A stretch of 45,411 nt of DNA from a virus (Duplodnaviria > Caudoviricetes). The stretch is from positions 1 to 45,411 of the IMG/VR virus record IMGVR_UViG_3300033489_000017, one strand, 5' to 3'. Positions 17,759 through 25,740 of the stretch are shown piece by piece (position 1 is the stretch's first letter; every line of letters starts with the position of its first letter). The translations under genes and the position numbers were made by a program. The notes under the pieces were generated by a model. It did no database searches and was not told the DNA's origin. It saw only the letters and a list, made by a program, of their open reading frames with translations.

Positions 17759-17895
17759 TGCCTCTTAAAAAGGGCACGAGCAAGGCCATTATCCAGGCGA
17801 ATATCGCCGAGTTGATTCGCAGCGGGCGCAAGCCTGCGCAGGCGGTGCGCATCGCCCACGAGGAAGCGCGCCGGAGTAAGAAAAAAGGAAAGTAA
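17758..17895 (+). CDS. Small basic phage protein (not in ORF track)
   Basis: MPLKKGTSKAIIQANIAELIRSGRKPAQAVRIAHEEARRSKKKGK, a pattern common in phage head modules; TAATG overlap. Confidence 0.75.
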   Translation: MPLKKGTSKAIIQANIAELIRSGRKPAQAVRIAHEEARRSKKKGK

Positions 17896-17928
17896 TAGCG
17901 ACAACGTATCCCTGGAGGATAACGAGCG

Positions 17929-18561
17929 ATGACGGACAAGAATGAACTGCCCCTGGCGGGCGATGACGGGCAAGGCCCGGAGCCGAGCGAAACACAAAAT
18001 CTCGAAGCGCTGCCTCAGTGGGCGCGGGATGCCATCTCGAAAGCCAATCGAGAGGCAGCCAGTTACCGCACCAAAAACAAGGACGCGCAAGAGAAACTGA
18101 AGGCGCAAGAGGAAGCGCAGCGCAAAGCGGACGAGGCCCGACAGGCGGAGGCCGGCGAGTACCGACCGCTGTACGAGAAGACGAAGGCCGAAGCCGACGG
18201 GCTGCGCGAAAAGGCCAAGCGGGCCGAAGAAATCGAGACGACGTTTACCGGGATGTTGCAGAAACGGCTAGATGCCATTCCTGAGCAACTGCGTAAGCGC
18301 GTGCCCGAATTCGCCGACCCGCTCCAAACAATGGCGTGGCTAGATGCTAACGCCGACCTGTTTAGCCAGCGCACGGCGCCGAACCTCGATCCGGGCGCGG
18401 CGGGCGACACAGGCAAGGGCGGCTCGACGAAACTCACGGCGACGGAACTCATGATGGCGAAGAAAATGGGCATGAAGCCTGATCAGTACGCCAAACGCAA
18501 AGCCGAAGACGCCGGGCAGCGCTATGTCAGCACTGAGGAACTTGAAATGAAGGAGAAGTAA
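17929..18561 (+). CDS. Capsid scaffolding protein
   Basis: Charged coiled coil with EAA.YR.K and AEAGEY..LYE; just upstream of capsid genes. Confidence 0.8.
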   Translation: MTDKNELPLAGDDGQGPEPSETQNLEALPQWARDAISKANREAASYRTKNKDAQEKLKAQEEAQRKADEARQAEAGEYRPLYEKTKAEADGLREKAKRAEEIETTFTGMLQKRLDAIPEQLRKRVPEFADPLQTMAWLDANADLFSQRTAPNLDPGAAGDTGKGGSTKLTATELMMAKKMGMKPDQYAKRKAEDAGQRYVSTEELEMKEK

Positions 18562-18563
18562 CT

Positions 18564-18998
18564 ATGTCGATCCTGGACACCAGTGCAGGATTCAGAATTC
18601 GCGGGCGTATCTCAGGAGGGGCAATCCATTATCAGGATATTCTCTCCAAAGATACCGCGACGCATACCAAGGGTGATATTGTCAACGTCGAGACAGGTGA
18701 AGTTCATCTCGGCGCGGCGGCCGATACGGCCTTGATTGGCCCGGTTATGGAAACTGTATCATGCACTGACTCCACGACCAAAGTGCGCGTGTGCACCGAT
18801 CCCGATGTCATCCTGGAAATCTACGATCCGAACGCGCGTGTTATCGGGGCAACGCTCGACCTATCGGGCGCTACGGGCGCGATGACGCAGACGACATCAT
18901 CCCAGAAGGATTTTGTCGTGTATGAAACATCGACTGCGACCGAACCAACGCTACTGATTTTCAACCAGGGACACCACCTGTTTAGAAAAGATCAGTAA
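18564..18998 (+). CDS. Capsid decoration/cement protein, paralog A
   Basis: Between scaffold and MCP; KGDIV, DPDVILE; about 70% identical to next gene. Confidence 0.7.
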   Translation: MSILDTSAGFRIRGRISGGAIHYQDILSKDTATHTKGDIVNVETGEVHLGAAADTALIGPVMETVSCTDSTTKVRVCTDPDVILEIYDPNARVIGATLDLSGATGAMTQTTSSQKDFVVYETSTATEPTLLIFNQGHHLFRKDQ

Positions 18999-19010
18999 AG
19001 GGAGGTTGTC

Positions 19011-19445
19011 ATGTCAATACTCGACACCTCTGCCGGGTTCAGAATTCGTGGGCGGTTGTGCGGCGAAACGCTCCATTATCAGGATGTCACCGCCCATGAC
19101 ACGGCAACCTATCACAAGGGCGATCTGGTAAACATCGAGTCGGGATATGCCGACCCGGCGGTTACTACCGACACCGCTCTGGTAGGGCCTGTCATGGAAA
19201 CGGTCTCTTGCACAACGGTGGTAACGAAAATGCGCGTGTGCGTCGATCCTGATGTGATCCTGGAAGTGTACGACGCCAATGCCAGGGTAATCGGCGCGAC
19301 GCTCGACATTGCCGGGGCAACGGGCGCGATGACAGTAGGGGCTACGGTCAACGCCGAACTCGTCGTCTACGAAACGTCAACGGCTACCGAGCCAACTCTC
19401 GTAATCTTTAATCAGGGGCATCATTTGTTCCTGAAAGACCAGTAA
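19011..19445 (+). CDS. Capsid decoration/cement protein, paralog B
   Basis: Same length (144 aa), ungapped alignment to paralog A. Confidence 0.7.
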   Translation: MSILDTSAGFRIRGRLCGETLHYQDVTAHDTATYHKGDLVNIESGYADPAVTTDTALVGPVMETVSCTTVVTKMRVCVDPDVILEVYDANARVIGATLDIAGATGAMTVGATVNAELVVYETSTATEPTLVIFNQGHHLFLKDQ

Positions 19446-19462
19446 GGAAGGGGTAACACACT

Positions 19463-20401
19463 ATGCCAGGGCCTTTAATTCCTGAGGGCTGGGCCGATCT
19501 GCTTGCACCCGGAATCCGCGAATGGACATTCTTGGGTATGGATCGCCAGACGCCGCCCATTGGGCCAACGCTCTATAACAACGTATCGTCAGACAGCGCC
19601 TATGAGAAATTCGAGAACTTTGGCGCGGTATCGCCGGACGCCTGGGATCAATTCGAGAAGACGCGCGTTATTCCCACCGTCGGCTATAGCGCCGGATACA
19701 AAACCACATTGACGCCTAAGCTCTTTGTGGTTGAACTGCCTATCGAGGCGACACTGATCGAAGATGCCAAATATCGGGTAGCGCTCGATGCCGCTTTCGC
19801 CATCGGGGACAGCTACGCCACCAAGGATGAATACGACAGAGCCAGCGTGTTCAATAACGCTTTCACGGACACAGCGCCCTATGACGGTGCCGATGCGGTG
19901 GGGCTGTGCAGTGCGGCGCATCCGAACGGGCCGGAAAACACCGGCGTCACGCAGAACAACGAAGGTACGTACTCGCTGACGAAAGCGAATGTTGCAACCG
20001 TGCGACTTGCCATGCGTGCCTTCAAGGATGATCGCGGAATGTTGGCGGGTATCCATCCTGATACGCTGATCGTGCCGCCCGCGCTCGAAGACGACGCGCT
20101 TGTCATCCGGGGTCATGCACAGTACGCGCCTCTGGACCCGACTATCGGTGAAAACGCGCTGAATGTCAACGTCATTCATGGCTGGAACATCATCGTTTGG
20201 GACTATCTGAGCGACACTAACGCCTGGTTTATGGTTGACTCGCGCCGGATGCACCGTGATCTGCTGTACATCAACCGGGTGCCATTCAGCGTCAAGCGCA
20301 AGTTGCAAGACGAAACTGTGTACGCCACGTGGATCGCGCGCGCCCGGCATACGCAGGGCTGGCGCGACTGGCGCTGGATATACGGGAATAACCCAAGCTA
20401 A
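19463..20401 (+). CDS. Major capsid protein (HK97 fold, Mu gpT-like group)
   Basis: LLAPGIRE, A.VFNNAF, GAD.V.LCS.AHP, PDTLIVPP.LE, YLSD.NAWF, GW.DWR.IYG. Confidence 0.9.
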   Translation: MPGPLIPEGWADLLAPGIREWTFLGMDRQTPPIGPTLYNNVSSDSAYEKFENFGAVSPDAWDQFEKTRVIPTVGYSAGYKTTLTPKLFVVELPIEATLIEDAKYRVALDAAFAIGDSYATKDEYDRASVFNNAFTDTAPYDGADAVGLCSAAHPNGPENTGVTQNNEGTYSLTKANVATVRLAMRAFKDDRGMLAGIHPDTLIVPPALEDDALVIRGHAQYAPLDPTIGENALNVNVIHGWNIIVWDYLSDTNAWFMVDSRRMHRDLLYINRVPFSVKRKLQDETVYATWIARARHTQGWRDWRWIYGNNPS

Positions 20402-20411
20402 GGGGGGATAA

Positions 20412-21377
20412 ATGCCTACTAACTTCAAATACGGGCTTCTCTCCTACGGTTCGCCAGTGCTGCCATCGAATTTCGGCTTGCCGGGCATGGGAAGCGTGTT
20501 CTGGCTAGACCCAACGCACGGCGATGATACGTTCGACGGTAAAAGCCCACAGCGGGCTATGAAGACGCTCGAGGCGGCCTATGCGCTGCTGACAGAGAAT
20601 CACAATGACGTTCTGTTCTACATTCCAGGCACTTCGGCGCTGACGTTGTCGGCGGCGTTCTCCTGGGCTAAGAACTACTGTCATTTCATCGGCGTGGCCG
20701 CTCCAACCATGTTCGGCTCGCGTGCACGCATCATCCAGGCGGCGGGCGCTTACGAGCCGCTGATCACTATCAGCGGCAACGGCTGTATCTGGCAGAACAT
20801 CTATGTGTTCGGCGGCGCAGCCAGCTCGGCGGCCCTGACCGCAGTGTATCTGACTGGCGACTGGTGCTACTTCGAAAGCTGCCAGTTCGTCGGCGGCGGT
20901 TGTGCCACGAACGCGCTTGACGACGCCTGCGCGCTGTCGCTAAACGGCTCACACAACAACGTATTCGTCAACTGCACGCTCGGCGCTCAGTCTATCGCCT
21001 TTGTGGCTGGCTCCAACGTGCTGCGCTTCGGCTCGACGGCCAGCGGCCAAAACCTGTTCCGTGATTGCGTGATCCACTGCATGAACGGGACGAGTGTGAG
21101 CACCGCCTATCTGGTAGAACTCACAGCCACGACCTCGGTTGACCGCTGGCTGAAGTTCGACCGCTGTTTCTTCTACTCGTGGAATCAGAGCGCTACGACA
21201 ATGGCGACGGCGTTCCTCATTCCCGCCAGCCCATCCAACGGGAAAATCTTTATGCAAGACTGCATGGGCTACGGGTTCGACAAATGGGATGCTAGTGATC
21301 GCGGGATGCTCTTGGGCAATATGAACGACGTGACCGGCGCCGACACCTCCGGTGTCGCCGTCGAGATGGTGACGTAA
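20412..21377 (+). CDS. Beta-helix head-fibre-like protein
   Basis: FWLDP..G.D..DGKSP.RA.KTL..A motif then beta-helix rungs (F..C.F); directly after MCP. Confidence 0.7.
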   Translation: MPTNFKYGLLSYGSPVLPSNFGLPGMGSVFWLDPTHGDDTFDGKSPQRAMKTLEAAYALLTENHNDVLFYIPGTSALTLSAAFSWAKNYCHFIGVAAPTMFGSRARIIQAAGAYEPLITISGNGCIWQNIYVFGGAASSAALTAVYLTGDWCYFESCQFVGGGCATNALDDACALSLNGSHNNVFVNCTLGAQSIAFVAGSNVLRFGSTASGQNLFRDCVIHCMNGTSVSTAYLVELTATTSVDRWLKFDRCFFYSWNQSATTMATAFLIPASPSNGKIFMQDCMGYGFDKWDASDRGMLLGNMNDVTGADTSGVAVEMVT

Positions 21378-21388
21378 GTTTAGTTTCA

Positions 21389-21413
21389 GGAGAGGGGGTT
21401 AATTCCCCTCTCC
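21389..21413 (+). terminator. Stem-loop after the capsid genes (weak terminator or mRNA stabiliser)
   Basis: GGAGAGGGG/CCCCTCTCC 9-bp stem; no U-tract. Confidence 0.45.
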
Positions 21414-21432
21414 GCCCGACCGGGAGTGCAGT

Positions 21433-21693
21433 ATGCCGAATGTTACAGCTACGGTTGGCAGTTGGAAAGCGACAGTGCAGCTTGAAAACGAAGACGGGCT
21501 ATGGGTTGAGGCCTTTGATGTCATTCATGACCGTATACACGCCGAACGCGGGCGATTGTCTATTCAGGAATCGAGTGGCGTGATAACCGAGGTTGAATTC
21601 CTGGCTAAGATAGCGGTTCTTGATCAACTCGTTATCGCAACCAGGGCTTCACTCGTAGAAACGTTGCCCGCTATCGAGTGGGAAGAAGTGTAG
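21433..21693 (+). CDS. Hypothetical protein
   Basis: GGGAG RBS. Confidence 0.55.
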   Translation: MPNVTATVGSWKATVQLENEDGLWVEAFDVIHDRIHAERGRLSIQESSGVITEVEFLAKIAVLDQLVIATRASLVETLPAIEWEEV

Positions 21694-21704
21694 AAGGAGT
21701 CCTG

Positions 21705-22148
21705 ATGTCAATTTTTAAGACGATCACGGTCAACCCGACCATCACCCTTGTTGCCTATACGGCCAATGATGTCGTGGGCGGCCTTCTGACCTTCACATTG
21801 CCCCGCCACGCCGCCGGGGGCGGTATCCTGGGCAACATCCGGCTAAACGACGCCGACGCCGAAAACGCGGCGATGAAGCTGTTCCTGTTCAACGCCGTGC
21901 CAGCCACCACCATAGCCGACGCTGCCGCGTTCGTCATTACCGCCGCCGACCAGGCCCTGTGTTTTTATGAGCAGGCAATCGCGGCGGCAGACTGGGCCAC
22001 GGACACCGACGGCTGGGTGAAGTACAAGCCGAACGTCATTTTTGCGGCGGACGGCGCCATCTACGGCTATCTGGTGTGCGTGGCGACGCCCACCTATACA
22101 GCCGCAACCGACCTGTCGATCTCGCTAGACGTGTGGATACCGGAGTAG
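21705..22148 (+). CDS. Putative virion structural protein (beta-rich)
   Basis: AAGGAG RBS; AYTANDVVGG..TF and IYGYLV..ATPTY pattern. Confidence 0.65.
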   Translation: MSIFKTITVNPTITLVAYTANDVVGGLLTFTLPRHAAGGGILGNIRLNDADAENAAMKLFLFNAVPATTIADAAAFVITAADQALCFYEQAIAAADWATDTDGWVKYKPNVIFAADGAIYGYLVCVATPTYTAATDLSISLDVWIPE

Positions 22149-22167
22149 GCGCGGCGCAACGATGTCA

Positions 22168-22827
22168 CTAACGGTGTCCCTGACGGCGCTCGAATGCCCA
22201 ACGCTGCTTTTCACGGCGCGACTTTGCGTGGTGGCAGTCGTAGCACAATGTTTGTCCGTTATCGATAGTCTTAGTGCCGCCGTCTCGGACGGCAATAACA
22301 TGATCGACTTCAAGATGTATGGTGGCACCACAAATGACACAAGCGAAACTGTCTCGCTTCATCACAGCGCGCCTTTGCGTATTCGTAAAGTTGTCGCCAG
22401 AACGACGACTATCAGGGTTTCGATTGGCTCGCCCGTAACAATCCATCGAACAGTAAAGTCCGGCGATGCGATTGCTCTGTGGAGTGAATATCTTTCCACA
22501 AAAAGCGCAGGGGCGCGAAGCGGTCAATCGACTGGCGGAACGGGCGCATTGGCGAGAACAAAAGCGCTTATTGCGGCTTTGCGCAGTCACTACAAACGCC
22601 TTGTCACACTGCAAACAGTTTCGCTCATGGCGTTCATAGGTGCGCTTGTATATTCCGCCGCACTCTGGGCTGCAGCATTTCGAGGGATGCTTAGACCAAA
22701 ATGGTTGTTCGCATACTACACAATGGCGTTGGTCGTGTTGGGAATAACATCGGCGCGAACAATAGGTTTGGTGCTTATGGCGGGTTGTGAAGTCATTGTC
22801 ACATCGTGGGCAAACGCGGTTATACAT
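22168..22827 (-). CDS. HNH endonuclease with repeated zinc-finger DNA-binding modules
   Basis: Four CxxC..F...CS..C repeats, then RD...CVICG...LEVDHV.....GG....NGQTLC..CH. Confidence 0.9.
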   Translation of the reverse strand: MYNRVCPRCDNDFTTRHKHQTYCSRRCYSQHDQRHCVVCEQPFWSKHPSKCCSPECGGIYKRTYERHERNCLQCDKAFVVTAQSRNKRFCSRQCARSASRLTASRPCAFCGKIFTPQSNRIAGLYCSMDCYGRANRNPDSRRSGDNFTNTQRRAVMKRDSFACVICGATIHLEVDHVIAVRDGGTKTIDNGQTLCYDCHHAKSRREKQRWAFERRQGHR

Positions 22828-22858
22828 AGCGTATTCCTTCGCTACATTCCATTGTCCA

Positions 22859-22947
22859 TGCCGTCAGGCGGTGGAATTGTCCGCTCTTCGGGTGCGACCC
22901 TAGACGGCAGGCAGTCTAAGTATACCGCGAAAGAGACAGGAGGGCAA
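22859..22947 (-). promoter_or_regulatory. Promoter and three-way-junction leader of the HNH gene
   Basis: Minus strand TTGCCC-17-TATACT (22947-22919); stems TGCCGTC/GACGGCA, GGGT/ACCC, GCGG/CCGC. Confidence 0.6.
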
Positions 22948-22948
22948 A

Positions 22949-23329
22949 CTGACTTTTACGTATGATTTGACCACTGACCGGGGGAAGGTCAGATTGCACA
23001 TCAACGACACCGACACGACGGCGGGCAAGCTGACCGACGCGGAGGTCGACTACGCGCTGACGCTCAAGACGACGGTCGGCGCGGCGGCAGTGCAGTGCAT
23101 CGACTGGCTGCTGGCGAAGGTGACCGATCCGAACTTCACGGCGGACTGGCTGACGGTGGACAACGCCTCGGCTTTCAAGTCGCTATCGGCGCTGCGTTTG
23201 TTGCTGTGCCAATCGTTCGCCGTGCCGTCGCTGACGACAAGCAGCGTGTTCGTGTACCGGGCCGATAGTCTGCAAACCGAATCGCCCGACTACGACGATA
23301 CCGACGATGACGAGGATGACGACGATTGA
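22949..23329 (+). CDS. Head-tail adaptor protein (probable CTG start)
   Basis: (L)TFTYDLTTDRGKVRLHI.DTD...LTD.EV typical adaptor N-terminus; AGGAGG RBS lies just upstream of CTG 22949. Confidence 0.75.
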   Translation: MTFTYDLTTDRGKVRLHINDTDTTAGKLTDAEVDYALTLKTTVGAAAVQCIDWLLAKVTDPNFTADWLTVDNASAFKSLSALRLLLCQSFAVPSLTTSSVFVYRADSLQTESPDYDDTDDDEDDDD

Positions 23330-23697
23330 GCTATCTACCGACCTGGCTACGGGCGTCGCTGCGTACGACCACGAATAAGTGGCTAAAAGACACGGCCACC
23401 ATCGAGGCGCTGCAACTGACGACGGGTGAGGTGGGCCAGCCGGTCGAAAGCTGGTCGGTCGTGTCCGCCAGCGTGGCATGTCGCGTCATCGGGGCGGCGT
23501 CGAGCGATACGCAGAACGTCGGCGGACAGGAGACCATGACGGACGTGTTTCGGATCGTCTTCCCGGCGGGTACGGCGCTGGCGGTGCAACAGCGCATTAC
23601 CGTGTCGTCGAGCGGCAAGGTGTACCACGTGGCCGGGCTGGTCACGGACTATACCGATGAACTGTTCACGGCGGCGGTCGTGGTGAGGCAGCGATGA
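23326..23697 (+). CDS. Head-closure/stopper protein (SPP1 gp16-like)
   Basis: D.ATI...T...GQ..ESW.....V.CR, I.FPAGT, RI....VY.V; synteny. Confidence 0.75.
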   Translation: MSYLPTWLRASLRTTTNKWLKDTATIEALQLTTGEVGQPVESWSVVSASVACRVIGAASSDTQNVGGQETMTDVFRIVFPAGTALAVQQRITVSSSGKVYHVAGLVTDYTDELFTAAVVVRQR

Positions 23698-23909
23698 AGA
23701 CGCTCAGGATCATCCTTAACGTGTTGAGCGTCGTGATTGTATTCGCCAGTGTTGTTGCCGTGCTTATCGCCGTTTTGCTGACGGGAAGCGTTGACCGGCT
23801 GGCTGCCAACGTGCTGCAACAGCAGTACGTCATGCTGATGGTTCTCTATCACCTGGGTCTGGCGCTGTGCGGCTTCAGCTTCGCCAGGTATCTGCGAACG
23901 GTAGCCTAA
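23694..23909 (+). CDS. Small two-TM membrane protein
   Basis: Two hydrophobic segments; ATGA overlap. Confidence 0.55.
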   Translation: MKTLRIILNVLSVVIVFASVVAVLIAVLLTGSVDRLAANVLQQQYVMLMVLYHLGLALCGFSFARYLRTVA

Positions 23910-23911
23910 CT

Positions 23912-24271
23912 ATGCAGCACAAACTTGACACGGCCATGCTGGACAAAATCACGCGGAATAACCCGGACAAGTTGTCGCGCTTCGTGCGGTCCGTGGCCGA
24001 GTACATCAAAAGCGACATCGTGCAGAGCTTCGGCACGTCTATCGCGCCGGTGGGCGAGCCGCCCGGCGTCGATACGGGCGCACTCCGGGCGAGCATGAAA
24101 GTCGAACAGGAGGGCAAGTTTCGCTGCATCGTGCATGACGGCGTGGTGTACGGCGTGGTGCATGAACTGGCGTTGAACGGCTACCCGCGCCCGTTTGTCG
24201 TGCCCGCTTTCGAGCGCGCGCGCGGGAAGTTTATCGAGGCGGCTAAAGCCTGGGGGTTGTTTAAGCCATGA
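23912..24271 (+). CDS. Neck/tail-completion protein (HK97 gp10-like)
   Basis: GEPPGVDTGALRAS, YG..HE, PRPF..PA motifs. Confidence 0.8.
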   Translation: MQHKLDTAMLDKITRNNPDKLSRFVRSVAEYIKSDIVQSFGTSIAPVGEPPGVDTGALRASMKVEQEGKFRCIVHDGVVYGVVHELALNGYPRPFVVPAFERARGKFIEAAKAWGLFKP

Positions 24272-24699
24272 CGATCACACACAAATACGCGGCCTACAAG
24301 GCGCTAGATGCACGCTTTCGGGAACATCCCGATACGCCCGCCTATAGCGACTATGTCGATCCGCGTAATAAGCCGCCGTACTATCACTATTTCTGGACTG
24401 GCGGCGGGGAAGTGAATAACCTGAACGACAGCCATCAAGCCGAGCACGTGTTTATCGTCAAGGCCGTTACAACGTCTATGGACGCGGCATTTGTAGCCGA
24501 AGCGAATCTCGTGACCTGGTTTGACGACATGGGCACGCAGGATGTGACGACGGGCTATCTTGACGCCGGTACGGACTGGACTATCACGGCGACGATGCAA
24601 GAGGGGGCTATTCACCAGGTGGTGCAGCGCGCGGCGAACACCACGCAGGAATATCACGACGGGTTCTATCTACGGATACTCATGGGGAGGATTACCTGA
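24268..24699 (+). CDS. Tail terminator-like protein
   Basis: Position before tail tube; size; PPY motif. Confidence 0.6.
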   Translation: MTITHKYAAYKALDARFREHPDTPAYSDYVDPRNKPPYYHYFWTGGGEVNNLNDSHQAEHVFIVKAVTTSMDAAFVAEANLVTWFDDMGTQDVTTGYLDAGTDWTITATMQEGAIHQVVQRAANTTQEYHDGFYLRILMGRIT

Positions 24700-25121
24700 T
24701 GGGTGCAGTATTCAACGGCAACAGCGCCTATATCGTTATAGGCGGACTGCGCATCGACGGCTATTTCCAGAGCGCGAAAGTTACGCCGAAAAACGACCTG
24801 CAAGAGACGACGGCGGGCAACGTCACGCACAAGCAGCGGGCCGAGGGCCTGAGCGACTACAGCTACGATTTATCGCTGGTCATGCCCGACAGCAACAGCG
24901 AAACCGTGGCGCTCATGCGCAAGCTGAAGCCCGGCACGATCACAATGCTCGAAGTGGGGCCAAAAGGCAATAGCACTGGCATGCCGCGCTTCAAGCAGGA
25001 AGTGGGTATTTCCGAATGTCCGTTCGAGACGGTGGTCGAAAAAAAGGCCGTTGTGTTCAGCGTGAAATGCGACGGCGCGGACGTGCCAGAGCGAGACGGT
25101 TTTGATGGAGACACCTTCTAA
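24699..25121 (+). CDS. Major tail tube protein
   Basis: ETTAG....R..GL.D and GP.GN.TG.P pattern; synteny. Confidence 0.75.
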   Translation: MGAVFNGNSAYIVIGGLRIDGYFQSAKVTPKNDLQETTAGNVTHKQRAEGLSDYSYDLSLVMPDSNSETVALMRKLKPGTITMLEVGPKGNSTGMPRFKQEVGISECPFETVVEKKAVVFSVKCDGADVPERDGFDGDTF

Positions 25122-25534
25122 TGATCGACAACGAAACCCGTCCAGGCGACGGGCAGACCCAGGCGGTCGACGTGGCAGAGGTGGTCACAGCGCCAGCGGC
25201 AAACGGCGTCAAGCCCGAATTCGATTTTAGCGATCTTTCATGGAAAGAGAGTATCGATCTCGGCAAGATGAAATCAATCATTGCCGCCGCATTGGACATC
25301 AAAGACGAGAAAGAGCAGCTACGACGCTATGACACCATCCTGGCTCGAATTCAGGATATGTTACGTCGGTCAGTAGTCAGCATTCCTCGCGAATGGCTGG
25401 TCAAACGCGCGCCCGAAACAATCGATTTCAGCCAGATTGGCGAAGTGGCCGAATGGTTGCGTAAAGATCGGGTAAGTGAGCTACTTCAGGCGTTGCAAGA
25501 GGGCGCTGGCGGGTCTGATGACCCAAACGCCTAG
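25121..25534 (+). CDS. Tail assembly chaperone (gpG-like)
   Basis: Between tube and tape measure; ends at a slippery heptamer. Confidence 0.75.
   Translation: MIDNETRPGDGQTQAVDVAEVVTAPAANGVKPEFDFSDLSWKESIDLGKMKSIIAAALDIKDEKEQLRRYDTILARIQDMLRRSVVSIPREWLVKRAPETIDFSQIGEVAEWLRKDRVSELLQALQEGAGGSDDPNA
25522..25528 (+). other. -1 programmed ribosomal frameshift site C CCA AAC
   Basis: XXXYYYZ heptamer in the correct phase two codons before TAG; -1 frame stays open to 25740. Confidence 0.75.
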
Positions 25535-25740
25535 ACGCCGGGATGATCAGGATTAGTATGCTGGTTCCCGGCTCCGTCATCTTTTCGCCGGACATGGTCT
25601 GGCGTATCAATCGGGTGCGCATTGCCGAGCGGCTGCACGTGCTGCCGACCGCCGTGGACAGCATGCCGTATTACGACGTGCTGGATTGTCTGACACTATG
25701 GGCAGAAGAGGGCAAAGGGCCAGGGCCACAGAATAAATAA
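25525..25740 (+). CDS. Frameshift extension of tail chaperone (gpT-like)
   Basis: -1 frame reads RLDAGMIRI...IAERLHVLP..VD.MP; stop overlaps tape measure ATG. Confidence 0.7.
   Translation, partial: KRLDAGMIRISMLVPGSVIFSPDMVWRINRVRIAERLHVLPTAVDSMPYYDVLDCLTLWAEEGKGPGPQNK

Noticed and set aside
18564-19445. Diversity-generating retroelement TR/VR pair
   Set aside because: Differences are mostly synonymous and not adenine-specific; no reverse transcriptase in the genome
22150-22948. Group I intron carrying the HNH gene
   Set aside because: HNH is antisense to the host operon and the flanks are too short for a ribozyme core; no P7-like elements seen
22162-22965. 267-aa plus-strand ORF
   Set aside because: Antisense shadow of the HNH gene, which has clear motifs
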